The notes under the pieces were generated by a model that worked only from the letters and a program-made list of their open reading frames with translations, had not been told where the DNA came from and made no database searches. This document shows, in pieces, positions 10,585-18,755 of a stretch of 64,000 nucleotides of DNA. The stretch comes from an uncultured bacterium (GTDB lineage: Bacteria > Joyebacterota > Joyebacteria > Joyebacterales > Joyebacteraceae): assembly GCA_964562405.1 (NCBI GenBank), contig CAZLTC010000006.1, positions 1,372 to 65,371 on the forward strand, in the 5' to 3' direction. Each line of letters opens with the position of its first letter. The first letter of the stretch is position 1. The translations under genes were made by a program, and so were the position numbers.

Positions 10585-12099
10585 GTGAACGAGGTGCTCG
10601 AGTACGCGACCGGTTACTGGATGGCGGTTGCGTCACATCTGTGGCAGACGACCATGCTTATACTCTTCCTCTCGGGTCTCGCCCTGATCTTGAAGCGGGC
10701 GCCGGCGCGCGTGCTCAACGCGCTCTGGTGGGTCGCGCTGGCGAAGCTCGTCGTGCCCGTATCCATCGTCGCGCCCGCCGTCAGCCGCGCGCTGGGTCCA
10801 GTGCTCGATCGACTCGAACAGGGCTCGGCCCCGATGGAGGCCGTGACCGTCTGGCTGCACAGGGCCGGCCCCGTCCTGGATCCCATCGCGTCCGTCGCTC
10901 GTCCCACCCCGGGACTGCCCGGCGCGCTGGGTCTCGCACTCCTAGTCGCCTGGGCTGTCGGCGCCTCCTGGTTCGCCGTCGTCTGGCTGCGCTCGAGAGA
11001 CTGGAGGGTTGTCGGAGAGTCGCGGCCGATCGACGGTCTGTCGACCGCGGCAGCGCGCGGGGCGTTGGATGCGCTGCAAGGCACGCGCATACCGGCCGGC
11101 GCGGTGCTGGTCACGCGCGAGCCGCTCACGCCCTCGGTCGTCGGTATCTTCCGCCGCAGGATCATCCTCTCGGTGGACGTCATCGAGAGACTGGAGCCGC
11201 ATGAACTGAGGGCCATCCTGCTTCACGAGGACGCACACCGGCGCCGGTTCGAACCGCTGCAGGTGCTCGTCCAGAGGGTGGCCGTGGCCGCGTTCTACTT
11301 CTTCCCGCCGCTCTGGCCGGTGCTCCGGCGGCTGCGGGAGACCAGCGAGATGGCGTGCGACGAGGCCGCCGTTCGTCAGGGCGTGCGCCCGGAGCGTTAC
11401 GCGACCGCCCTGGCAAGGACTCTGAACATTGGACTGGAGCCTCTCGGGCTGGCCGTCGGCCTCGCGCGAGGGACTCCCACGCTCACGCGCAGCAGGTTTG
11501 AGCGGCTGCGGAACGAAGGGAGGTTCACACCGATGAGATGGCATTGGGCATGTCTCGTGGTGGCCGTGCTCGCTGCTGTTGCGACCGCCGTGCTTTCGGC
11601 CATTCCGACGATCGCAGGCGAGCCGGAGGGTGGGGCTACCTCTGTCAAGACCGAGGTCACGACCGACGAGAACGGCGACAGGGTCATGGAAGTGACCATA
11701 GAAGGAGAAGAGGAGGAAGAGGCCACGTACACGGTGACCCTTCTTCACAGCGAGCCCCCGGAATACCCGGAGGACGCAAAGACGGACGGCGTCGGCGGCA
11801 GGGTCGTTCTCGAACTCATGATCAATTCCGACGGGACAGTCGGCGAGGTCACCGCCGTCCAGGAAGTCGAGGACTACCCGTCGCTCACCGAGGCAGCGAC
11901 AGAGGCGGCCAGCCAGTGGACGTTCGAGATCCAGGGCGAGGTCGACGGTGAGCAGACGCTCGAGGTCATCGTTCCCATCGAGTTCAAGATGGATGGCGAG
12001 AAGACCAAGACGATCAAGATCACCGTCCCGGACGCGACCGAGGCGCCGGAGGCCCCCGGCGAGCCGGAGGAGCCCGACGAGGCGGACGCGCCCGAATAG
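10585..12099 (+). CDS. BlaR1-like M56 family membrane metallopeptidase/sensor fused to a TonB C-terminal-like domain
   Basis: Multi-TM N-terminus, HEDAH (HExxH) zinc motif. C-terminal EPPEYPEDAKTDGVGGRVVLELMINSDGTVGEV resembles the TonB_C fold, preceded by a Glu/Pro-rich linker. GTG 10585 with GGAGG 7 nt upstream; the ORF-track start 10435 overlaps blaI. Confidence 0.7.
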   Translation: MNEVLEYATGYWMAVASHLWQTTMLILFLSGLALILKRAPARVLNALWWVALAKLVVPVSIVAPAVSRALGPVLDRLEQGSAPMEAVTVWLHRAGPVLDPIASVARPTPGLPGALGLALLVAWAVGASWFAVVWLRSRDWRVVGESRPIDGLSTAAARGALDALQGTRIPAGAVLVTREPLTPSVVGIFRRRIILSVDVIERLEPHELRAILLHEDAHRRRFEPLQVLVQRVAVAAFYFFPPLWPVLRRLRETSEMACDEAAVRQGVRPERYATALARTLNIGLEPLGLAVGLARGTPTLTRSRFERLRNEGRFTPMRWHWACLVVAVLAAVATAVLSAIPTIAGEPEGGATSVKTEVTTDENGDRVMEVTIEGEEEEEATYTVTLLHSEPPEYPEDAKTDGVGGRVVLELMINSDGTVGEVTAVQEVEDYPSLTEAATEAASQWTFEIQGEVDGEQTLEVIVPIEFKMDGEKTKTIKITVPDATEAPEAPGEPEEPDEADAPE

Positions 12100-12183
12100 G
12101 GGGTGCCGAGGCAGTAGAGAGAAGAGCAGGGGCCGCTGCGGCTCCGGGAGGCCGGCAGATAGGGTCTCTCCGGGGCCGCGCGC

Positions 12184-13689
12184 TTGTGTTATGCTCCTTG
12201 TACGCAGTCGAGGTGGGTACAGCATCCAGGGGAGTGGACTCTGGGCAACTGGTACACCACGGAGGGGATATACAACTCCCTCCCGATACCGCTCCAGAAT
12301 GCCTGTGTGGCCTGGCGCGGGTGGCGCATATACCGGGAGCGTTTCGGCCGCAGGTACGAGGAGCTTGCCGAGTTCCTCGAGCGGTCCGAGACCGCGTCGG
12401 TCGACACGCACAGAGAGTACCAGGAGACGCGCCTGCGCGAGCTCATACTCCACGCGTATGAGAATGTGCCTTACTACCACGACGTCATGGACGCCCGCGG
12501 CCTCAAGCCGTCGGACGTCGTGTCGATAGAGGACCTGGCCAAACTCCCGATCCTGACGAAGAAGGACGTTCGCGAGGCAGGCGACAGGCTCGTCTCGCGG
12601 ACCGTCGACCCCAGGAAGCTCCGCGTGGCATGGACGTCGGCAACGAGCGAGACGCCTCTGCCGGTGAAGTGGGACCACTCCGTCGCCCTCGTGAACCATG
12701 CCAGCTACATGCGAGTGCGGCGGTGGGCAGGCGTTCCGTTCGGTCATCGTTACGCGACCATGCAGGGGACGCCGGTCGTACCCATCACGCAGCGCAAGCC
12801 TCCTTTCTGGCGTTCGAACCCTCTGTGGCACCAGGTGCTCTTCTCTCAGCTGCACCTGAGCGACGAGAGCCTGCCTCACTACGTGAGGAAGATGCGTGAG
12901 GCCGGTGTGGAGGATCTGGAGACGTACGCATCGTGCGCCTACGTGATGGCCAGGTATCTGGAAGATCGAGACGAGTACCTGCCGCTGAAGGCGGTCATCA
13001 CGACCGGCGAGCCGCTCTTCCCGGAGGAACGCGCTCTCATGGAGGAGAGGTTCGCGGCCCCGGTCTTCGACGCGTACGGACAAGCGGAACGCGTCATCTT
13101 CTCCTGCGACTGCGAGAAGCACGAGGGACATCACGTGTTTCCGGAGTACGGCATTACCGAGTTCGTCGACGGCGATGGTGACGTCCTGCCACGAGGCGAG
13201 TGCGGGTTCATGATCGGGACCGGACTCCACAACTTCGCGATGCCGCTCATCCGGTACGCGTGCGGAGACGTGGGGGCTCCGTCGGACCGGACCTGTTCGT
13301 GCGGGCGGACGCTGCCCATGCTCTCGACCCTCACCAGCAGGGCCGGTGACATTCTGGTGACGCCGGACGGCCGCATGGTCCCGCCCATCATGGTCACCTG
13401 GATCGTGAAGTTCCTGGAGGGCGTCCGCGACTGGCAGGTCGTCCAGGAGGCCGTGACCGAACTCCGCGTGCTGGTAGTCCGGGATGCGCCCGTGACGAAG
13501 GCCGAGTTCGAGGGCCTGAGCGGCTATCTCTCCAGGAGGCTCGGCCCGGAGGTCCACATCGAGATCGAGCCGGTGCCGGAGATACCACGCGTGGGCCGGG
13601 GCAAGACCCGCCACGTGATCTCAAAGGTGCCGCTGGTCTGGGGCGTTCCCAACCGGTCGAGCTGCGGCGCCGTTCCCGACTCTGAGTGA
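12184..13689 (+). CDS. Phenylacetate-CoA ligase / coenzyme F390 synthetase-like (CapK-like) adenylate-forming enzyme with degenerate P-loop
   Basis: N-terminal LPIPLQNACVAWRGWRIYRERFG and YENVPYYHDVMDARGLKPSDVVSIEDLAKLPILTKKDVRE are typical of the PaaK/F390-synthetase family. The position of SSGTTGKP is occupied by TSATSETP. TTG start is uncertain. Confidence 0.6.
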   Translation: MCYAPCTQSRWVQHPGEWTLGNWYTTEGIYNSLPIPLQNACVAWRGWRIYRERFGRRYEELAEFLERSETASVDTHREYQETRLRELILHAYENVPYYHDVMDARGLKPSDVVSIEDLAKLPILTKKDVREAGDRLVSRTVDPRKLRVAWTSATSETPLPVKWDHSVALVNHASYMRVRRWAGVPFGHRYATMQGTPVVPITQRKPPFWRSNPLWHQVLFSQLHLSDESLPHYVRKMREAGVEDLETYASCAYVMARYLEDRDEYLPLKAVITTGEPLFPEERALMEERFAAPVFDAYGQAERVIFSCDCEKHEGHHVFPEYGITEFVDGDGDVLPRGECGFMIGTGLHNFAMPLIRYACGDVGAPSDRTCSCGRTLPMLSTLTSRAGDILVTPDGRMVPPIMVTWIVKFLEGVRDWQVVQEAVTELRVLVVRDAPVTKAEFEGLSGYLSRRLGPEVHIEIEPVPEIPRVGRGKTRHVISKVPLVWGVPNRSSCGAVPDSE

Positions 13690-13765
13690 GCCCGGCGTCC
13701 CTCGACCGCGCGGACCGCAGCATCCGCAGCGCCGATCCGCCGGCCGCCACATCAGGACACCAATC

Positions 13766-14695
13766 GTGCGCGAACTCACCCACCTGAAGGTACTCGGGAT
13801 CAGATACCGGAACGCCCGTCCGGCGCCCGACGACGAGAGAGGCCTGGACGCCCTCCTGGCCTCCGGGGCATACGAGTCCGCGGGAGTTCCCTTCGACATC
13901 AGCGAGCCACGGTTGTCGGAGGCCGCTCAGTCAGCGCCCGAGAACGGGGAGCCCGGCGGCGACGAGGCGGCTCGTACCCTCGATGCGAAGCAGACGGGCG
14001 CGCTGTGCGGGCTCATCGCCGCTGATGTGGCGTCGGCCGTGAGTGCCGGCTCCGGCGTGCTCGTGGTCGGCGGGAACTGCTCTCACGGTCCCGGCGTCGT
14101 CGGGGGATTGCTGCAAGCATACGGGGCGGAGACGCGCGTCGGTCTCGTCTGGTTCGACGCGCACGGCGACTTCAACACGCCCCGGACGAGCCGGTCGGGC
14201 AGCCTCGGCGGCATGCCCGTCGCGGTCCTCGCCGGCCTGGCGTACCCTGACTGGAGGATGCGAGCCGGCGTCGCGCGGCCGCTCCCCGCCGAGAGCGTCC
14301 TGCTCGTCGGCTGCCGCGACCTCGACGAGGGGGAGGGGCGTCTCCTGGAGGAGTGCGGCGTGCGCGTGGCCGGAATGGGTGATGCGGGTGCGATGGTCGA
14401 CCTGGTGGAGCGCTCGGACGTGATCTGTCTCCACGTTGACATCGACGTGCTCGACGCTGCCCTTGTCCCGGGGCACAGGTCGGCAGTCGCCGAAGGTCCG
14501 TTGGTGGCCGGGTTGCTCGCCGCCATGGAGACGGTTCTCGCGACCGGGAAGGTCGCGGCTATCGCTGTCGTGTCCACATCCTCGGCCGGTGAACTTGGAC
14601 ACACTACCGTGGAGTCGGCGGCCGATGTCATCCGCGGCGCCCTCCGCGCGTGGCGATCGCACGGGTTGCCGGAAGCGGCCGGAGGCCGATCATGA
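13766..14695 (+). CDS. Arginase/agmatinase/formiminoglutamase-fold (ureohydrolase) protein with atypical first metal motif
   Basis: VVGGNCSHG (in place of GGDHS), WFDAHGDFNTP (DAHxD), HVDIDVLDAALVPG (DxDxxD) in the canonical order and spacing of the arginase family. GTG start. Confidence 0.65.
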   Translation: MRELTHLKVLGIRYRNARPAPDDERGLDALLASGAYESAGVPFDISEPRLSEAAQSAPENGEPGGDEAARTLDAKQTGALCGLIAADVASAVSAGSGVLVVGGNCSHGPGVVGGLLQAYGAETRVGLVWFDAHGDFNTPRTSRSGSLGGMPVAVLAGLAYPDWRMRAGVARPLPAESVLLVGCRDLDEGEGRLLEECGVRVAGMGDAGAMVDLVERSDVICLHVDIDVLDAALVPGHRSAVAEGPLVAGLLAAMETVLATGKVAAIAVVSTSSAGELGHTTVESAADVIRGALRAWRSHGLPEAAGGRS

Positions 14696-15855
14696 ACAGG
14701 AGACGCATGGCGCGTCTCGCGGTGACCGCGGTTGCCGCGTTGGCCATTCTGCTTCTCTCATCGCGCATTCACACGGCCTACCTCGCCGCGCTGGTGCTAG
14801 CTGAGTCCGCCAGCCCGGAGGTTGACGGGCCGATCGCGACGCGATTGCCCGACCCAGTGGTCGAGGGCGTGACGTTCGCAGGTCCCGGCAAGACGATGGT
14901 CGCCGATGTCTACAGACCGGAGACCGGCGGCAAGCATCCGGGCATAGTGCTCAGCCACGGCGTGGCCGCCAGGGGCAAGGACGACCCGCGCCTGGTGAAC
15001 TTCGCCGACGCGCTGGCGCGAGCGGGGTACGTTGCTCTCGTTCCCCAGTTCGTAAACATGAAGGAGTTCCGCGTCCGGCCCTCCGACATCGACGAGCTGG
15101 TGGCCTCCTATGAGTATCTTGAGTCCCGCCCGGACGTTGACCCCACTCGCGTCGGCCTGTTCGGCTTCAGCTACGCGGGCGGGCTGTCCGTGCTCGCGGC
15201 CGCCGACCCACGCATCGCCGACCGGATCCGCTTCTGCTTCCTGCTGGGCGGCTACTACGACCTCGTGAGCGTGGTCACGTACATGACGACAGGGATGTAC
15301 GAGCGGGACGGAACGTGGGTACACCTCGAGCCCAGGAACACCGGGCGCTGGGCGTTCCTCCTGAACAGCTCGGATCTCATCGAGGACGTCGCCGACCGTG
15401 AGACGATCGCCGCGCTCGCGCGCCGGAAGCTGGACGGTCCCGACTCCGACGTTTCTGACCTGGTGCGGGGGCTCGGGCCGGAGGGGGCGAGCGTGTACTC
15501 TCTCATGGTCAACACGGATCCGGAGCAGACCCGCCGTCTTGTCGAGGGTCTGAGTCCACGGGTGCGGCAGTACTTCGACGAGCTGACGCTTGCCGGACGC
15601 ATCGACGGCCTGCGCTGCCGTCTCATCATCGGGCACGGCCGTGACGACGACCTCATTCCGTATACTGAGAGCCTGAAGCTCGCGAGGAACGTCCCCGAGG
15701 GCACGGCCGTCCATCTGGCCATTCTTGAGTCGTTCCATCACGTCGACTTCAGGTTGGGTGGAGTGGGCGGGCCGCGCGGGCTTCTCGCCTCGCTTGCCGA
15801 GATAGGCAGGCTCTACTCGATCACGTACGATCTGCTTGCGCAGGGGCTCGTCTGA
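14692..15855 (+). CDS. Alpha/beta-hydrolase (dienelactone hydrolase / S9-like esterase-peptidase fold), probably secreted or membrane anchored
   Basis: N-terminal hydrophobic segment, GFSYAGG (GxSxG nucleophile elbow), later Asp/His candidates. ATG 14692 overlaps the previous stop (ATGA) with GGAGG upstream. Confidence 0.6.
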   Translation: MNRRRMARLAVTAVAALAILLLSSRIHTAYLAALVLAESASPEVDGPIATRLPDPVVEGVTFAGPGKTMVADVYRPETGGKHPGIVLSHGVAARGKDDPRLVNFADALARAGYVALVPQFVNMKEFRVRPSDIDELVASYEYLESRPDVDPTRVGLFGFSYAGGLSVLAAADPRIADRIRFCFLLGGYYDLVSVVTYMTTGMYERDGTWVHLEPRNTGRWAFLLNSSDLIEDVADRETIAALARRKLDGPDSDVSDLVRGLGPEGASVYSLMVNTDPEQTRRLVEGLSPRVRQYFDELTLAGRIDGLRCRLIIGHGRDDDLIPYTESLKLARNVPEGTAVHLAILESFHHVDFRLGGVGGPRGLLASLAEIGRLYSITYDLLAQGLV

Positions 15856-15870
15856 TGCACGGCTGGGTCG

Positions 15871-18360
15871 TTAGCGCAGGAGCACGAGCTTCGAGGAGGA
15901 GGCGCCGCAATCCGTCTCGAGCCTTGCGAAGTAGACCCCCGACGCCACGGGTCTGCCGCCGCCGTCGCGACCGTCCCACGCCACGGCAGACGCGCCGGCC
16001 GCGAACTCGCCCCCGGCGAGCGTGCGGACCAACCGCCCGGCGGCGTCGTAGATCGATACGCTGCCTCGCGAGCGCGAGGGGAGCAGAAGGGATATCGAGG
16101 TTGAAGGTCCGAACGGGTTGGGGTGCGTGCCGGAGATGCGCGGAGCGACCGGCAGGCCAGCCTCGGCCTCGTCATCCGGGACGTCTGACTGTGTCCCGTA
16201 GGCGAGCACGATGAGTCCCATCCCGGGCAGCTGCACCACGGCCGACTGTGCATACCCGTCCTCCGCGACCGCCTCCGAAGAGATGACGCCGGGGTTCTCC
16301 ATGCCGTTTCCGTCGTAGGCGGCGGCCTGGCTGTTGAGCGCCTCGTACCAGTCGCCGGCCTGCGGGAGGCCGATGCGGTAGCTTCCGTAGTCGGAGTCAC
16401 CGAAGTTCGCGAGGACGACCAGCACGTCTCCGGCTCCGCTCCAGCGCTGCCACGCGATGACGTTGCCGCTCTCGTTGAGGTGGAACACTTCATGTCCCGC
16501 GTCGGCGCGCAGCGCGTCGTTCCCCGTCCGCAGATGAATGAGGTCGCGGTAGTAGTTGAAGATGGGCGCATAGGTCGTCTTCTTGGACCAGTCGATGCGG
16601 TTCTCGTAGTCGGTCCCGAAGTCCGTGTCCTCGAGCCACTCGGTTCCCATCAACATGGCGGGGATGCCCGGAGCAGTCATGACGATACCCTGCGCGAGCT
16701 TGCTCCTGCCCTTGGCCCACTCGTCGTCATGGGGCGCCGTAGCGTCTATCGATTTGACGATGCGCTGGCCGCCGCTGGAGGGCCAGGCCTCGTCGTGCAG
16801 CTCGACGTAGTTCGTGACGTAGCCGTTCTCCAGATACTGGCCACCCCCGTTCACGATGTCCCTGATCTTCCATACCTCCGGGTCTCCATAGGCGGCGTCA
16901 AAGATCTCCTCGCGCAGGCGGTCCGTGAACACATCGTAGTACTGCGAGTCAAAGCCGGCTCCTCCCAGGCTGGTCGGGCGCGTCACCCAGGAGTTGTCCG
17001 GGAGCTGTTCGGCGATGGCGATCTTGTCGACCCACCTTCGGTCCATCTCGTCGTTCATGCGCTGCATGAGGCTCCAGCCCGAGGCCTCCTGAGGGTAGAT
17101 GTTCATGTAGCCGGTGGCGTCCATCCGGAACCCGTCGACCTTGAACTCCTCGAGCCAATAGAGAGCGCTGTCGGCAAGGTAGTCACGCACCGGCTCGTCG
17201 TCGAAATCGGGTTGACTGCCCCACGGTGTCTCGACCGCGGGGTCGTCGAAGTAGGCTTGCGTCCCGTCGTACTCCCAAAGGAAGTTGTCGCTGTAGGAGA
17301 AGTGGTTCCAGACGATGTCGAGGATGACGGCGATGCCGTAGGAGTGCAGGGTATCGATCATCTCCTTGAGCTCATCCGGCGTGCCGTACGCCCACTCCGG
17401 TGCCCACTGGGAGATCGGATTGTATCCGGCCGAGTAGTCCCAGGGGAACTCCGTGATCGGGTTCAGCATGACCGCGTTGACGCCCAGCTCGGAGAGGTGA
17501 GAAGCTCTCGCCGCTACCTCGGGGTAGCCGGCCGGGAAGGGCGCCGTGCCGTACGGGTCGTTCCTTCCGGAGAACGTGCCTACATGGAGCTGGTAAACGA
17601 CCATCTTCTCGAAGTCGGGTGTGTCGAAGTCGTCCATCTGCCAGTCGTACCTGAAACGATCCTCGATGTGGGTGTTGAGGTTGTCCCCGGAGTTCAGCGA
17701 CTTCCCGCGCGCGTCGGGCTTCCAGATCGAACCGTTGAAGTAGTACTTGTACATCTGGCGATTCGAGGCCGAGGGCACGTACGCGGCGAAGTACTCGCCG
17801 TCCTTCGTCATCGGGCTGGAGGTGCCCCAGCTGTTGAACTGGCCGCGGACGTAAGCAGTCGACGCACCGGGCGCCCACACCCGGAAGACCGCGCCGCCAT
17901 CGACCAGCGTCGAGCCGAGCGGGGCGTGCTCAAGGGTGTCAAAGTCGAGCACGAACCCGCCGTCGGTCGGAACACCGTCGGTCATCCCGCCGGCGCTCAG
18001 GTAGTCGACGTCCGCGCCGTCGGTCAGCTCGATGTAGTAGGAGAGGGTCGTGGACGACGTCGATGGGATCTGCGCCGTCCATACATCAAACGGCCCGCGT
18101 GCGGCTGTCTCAACGGCTCCGATCCAGGCGACGTCGCCGTCTTCGACATGTACGCGGGCCGAAGCTATGTCATCGTGGTAGGTCTGGAAGAGGATCTCGA
18201 AGCTCTGGCCGCTCATGGGGCACAGCGGCCTTCTGTCCTGCCACCAGACGTGAGATATGCCGTTCCACTCTATGTTGCCGTCGGGGCCTGCGGCCCCCGC
18301 AGTCATGCAAAGGGCGGCCACCAGGGCCGCTGCAGCTCCAGTGAGCCTGAGCGACTTCAT
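15871..18360 (-). CDS. Secreted GH13 alpha-amylase-family glycoside hydrolase with shared C-terminal sorting domain
   Basis: Signal MKSLRLTGAAAALVAALCMTAGAAG. GH13 motifs AVILDIVWNHFS, GFRMDATGYM, YVELHDE. C-terminus HPNPFGPSTSISLLLP...IYDAAGRLVRTL...GVYFARL...KLVLLR. Confidence 0.8.
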   Translation of the reverse strand: MKSLRLTGAAAALVAALCMTAGAAGPDGNIEWNGISHVWWQDRRPLCPMSGQSFEILFQTYHDDIASARVHVEDGDVAWIGAVETAARGPFDVWTAQIPSTSSTTLSYYIELTDGADVDYLSAGGMTDGVPTDGGFVLDFDTLEHAPLGSTLVDGGAVFRVWAPGASTAYVRGQFNSWGTSSPMTKDGEYFAAYVPSASNRQMYKYYFNGSIWKPDARGKSLNSGDNLNTHIEDRFRYDWQMDDFDTPDFEKMVVYQLHVGTFSGRNDPYGTAPFPAGYPEVAARASHLSELGVNAVMLNPITEFPWDYSAGYNPISQWAPEWAYGTPDELKEMIDTLHSYGIAVILDIVWNHFSYSDNFLWEYDGTQAYFDDPAVETPWGSQPDFDDEPVRDYLADSALYWLEEFKVDGFRMDATGYMNIYPQEASGWSLMQRMNDEMDRRWVDKIAIAEQLPDNSWVTRPTSLGGAGFDSQYYDVFTDRLREEIFDAAYGDPEVWKIRDIVNGGGQYLENGYVTNYVELHDEAWPSSGGQRIVKSIDATAPHDDEWAKGRSKLAQGIVMTAPGIPAMLMGTEWLEDTDFGTDYENRIDWSKKTTYAPIFNYYRDLIHLRTGNDALRADAGHEVFHLNESGNVIAWQRWSGAGDVLVVLANFGDSDYGSYRIGLPQAGDWYEALNSQAAAYDGNGMENPGVISSEAVAEDGYAQSAVVQLPGMGLIVLAYGTQSDVPDDEAEAGLPVAPRISGTHPNPFGPSTSISLLLPSRSRGSVSIYDAAGRLVRTLAGGEFAAGASAVAWDGRDGGGRPVASGVYFARLETDCGASSSKLVLLR

Positions 18361-18422
18361 CGAATCCCCTAACCCGGTTCACAGGAGCAGCCTCAAGACG
18401 TCATCTCTTGACGTCCTTAATC

Positions 18423-18451
18423 ATTATAGCGAAAGGGGTAGACGTTATCAA
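18423..18451 (-). promoter_or_regulatory. Promoter TTGATA-N17-TATAAT (minus strand) for the GH13-CTD gene
   Basis: Perfect -10 and 5/6 -35 with 17-nt spacer on the minus strand; AT-rich island. A second TATAAT lies at 18508-18513 (minus). Confidence 0.45.
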
Positions 18452-18670
18452 GTAGCGCTGTCCGGCAGGTGATCGCCGCGGCCGGCTCGAGGGTTCCACA
18501 TGCATTATAATTTAGCATGATGGATGTCGCGGTCTTGTTCTGTTGACGCGCTGTCTCTTACATGATATCGTAGCTCATGTTCGATGGTTCGGGCCGGGCC
18601 CGAGGTGGGGTCAGCGAGATCCCCCGAGGCCCTTCCGCCCCGGGTTCGAGTCGGTCGGGCGACGCAGAGC

Positions 18671-18702
18671 GAAAGGCCCTCCTCTTCCGAGGAGGGCCTT
18701 TC
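18671..18702 (-). terminator. Perfect 14-bp GC hairpin GAAAGGCCCTCCTC-TTCC-GAGGAGGGCCTTTC downstream of the BNR-CTD gene
   Basis: Inverted repeat seen directly, 54 nt after the minus-strand stop (18756). No U-tract, as is common in GC-rich genomes. Confidence 0.45.
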
Positions 18703-18755
18703 GCATCTCACTCTGTGCTGACGCCCTGACTGCCGCGGGTGAATGAGAGGGCGCC

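Noticed and set aside
10942-13614. 890-aa minus-strand ORF, plus many other long antisense ORFs (e.g. 3259-5301, 16480-18372, 19509-20168, 26366-27787, 26787-28316, 28475-29317, 29155-30273, 31742-32626, 32043-33518, 34447-35721, 54304-55767, 57049-58689, 59242-61911, 62080-63069, 62861-63970)
   Set aside because: They run antisense to genes with strong family signatures, and their products are Arg/Pro/Gly/Ala-rich with no recognisable motifs. This is the usual high-GC artefact in which stop codons are rare in every frame.
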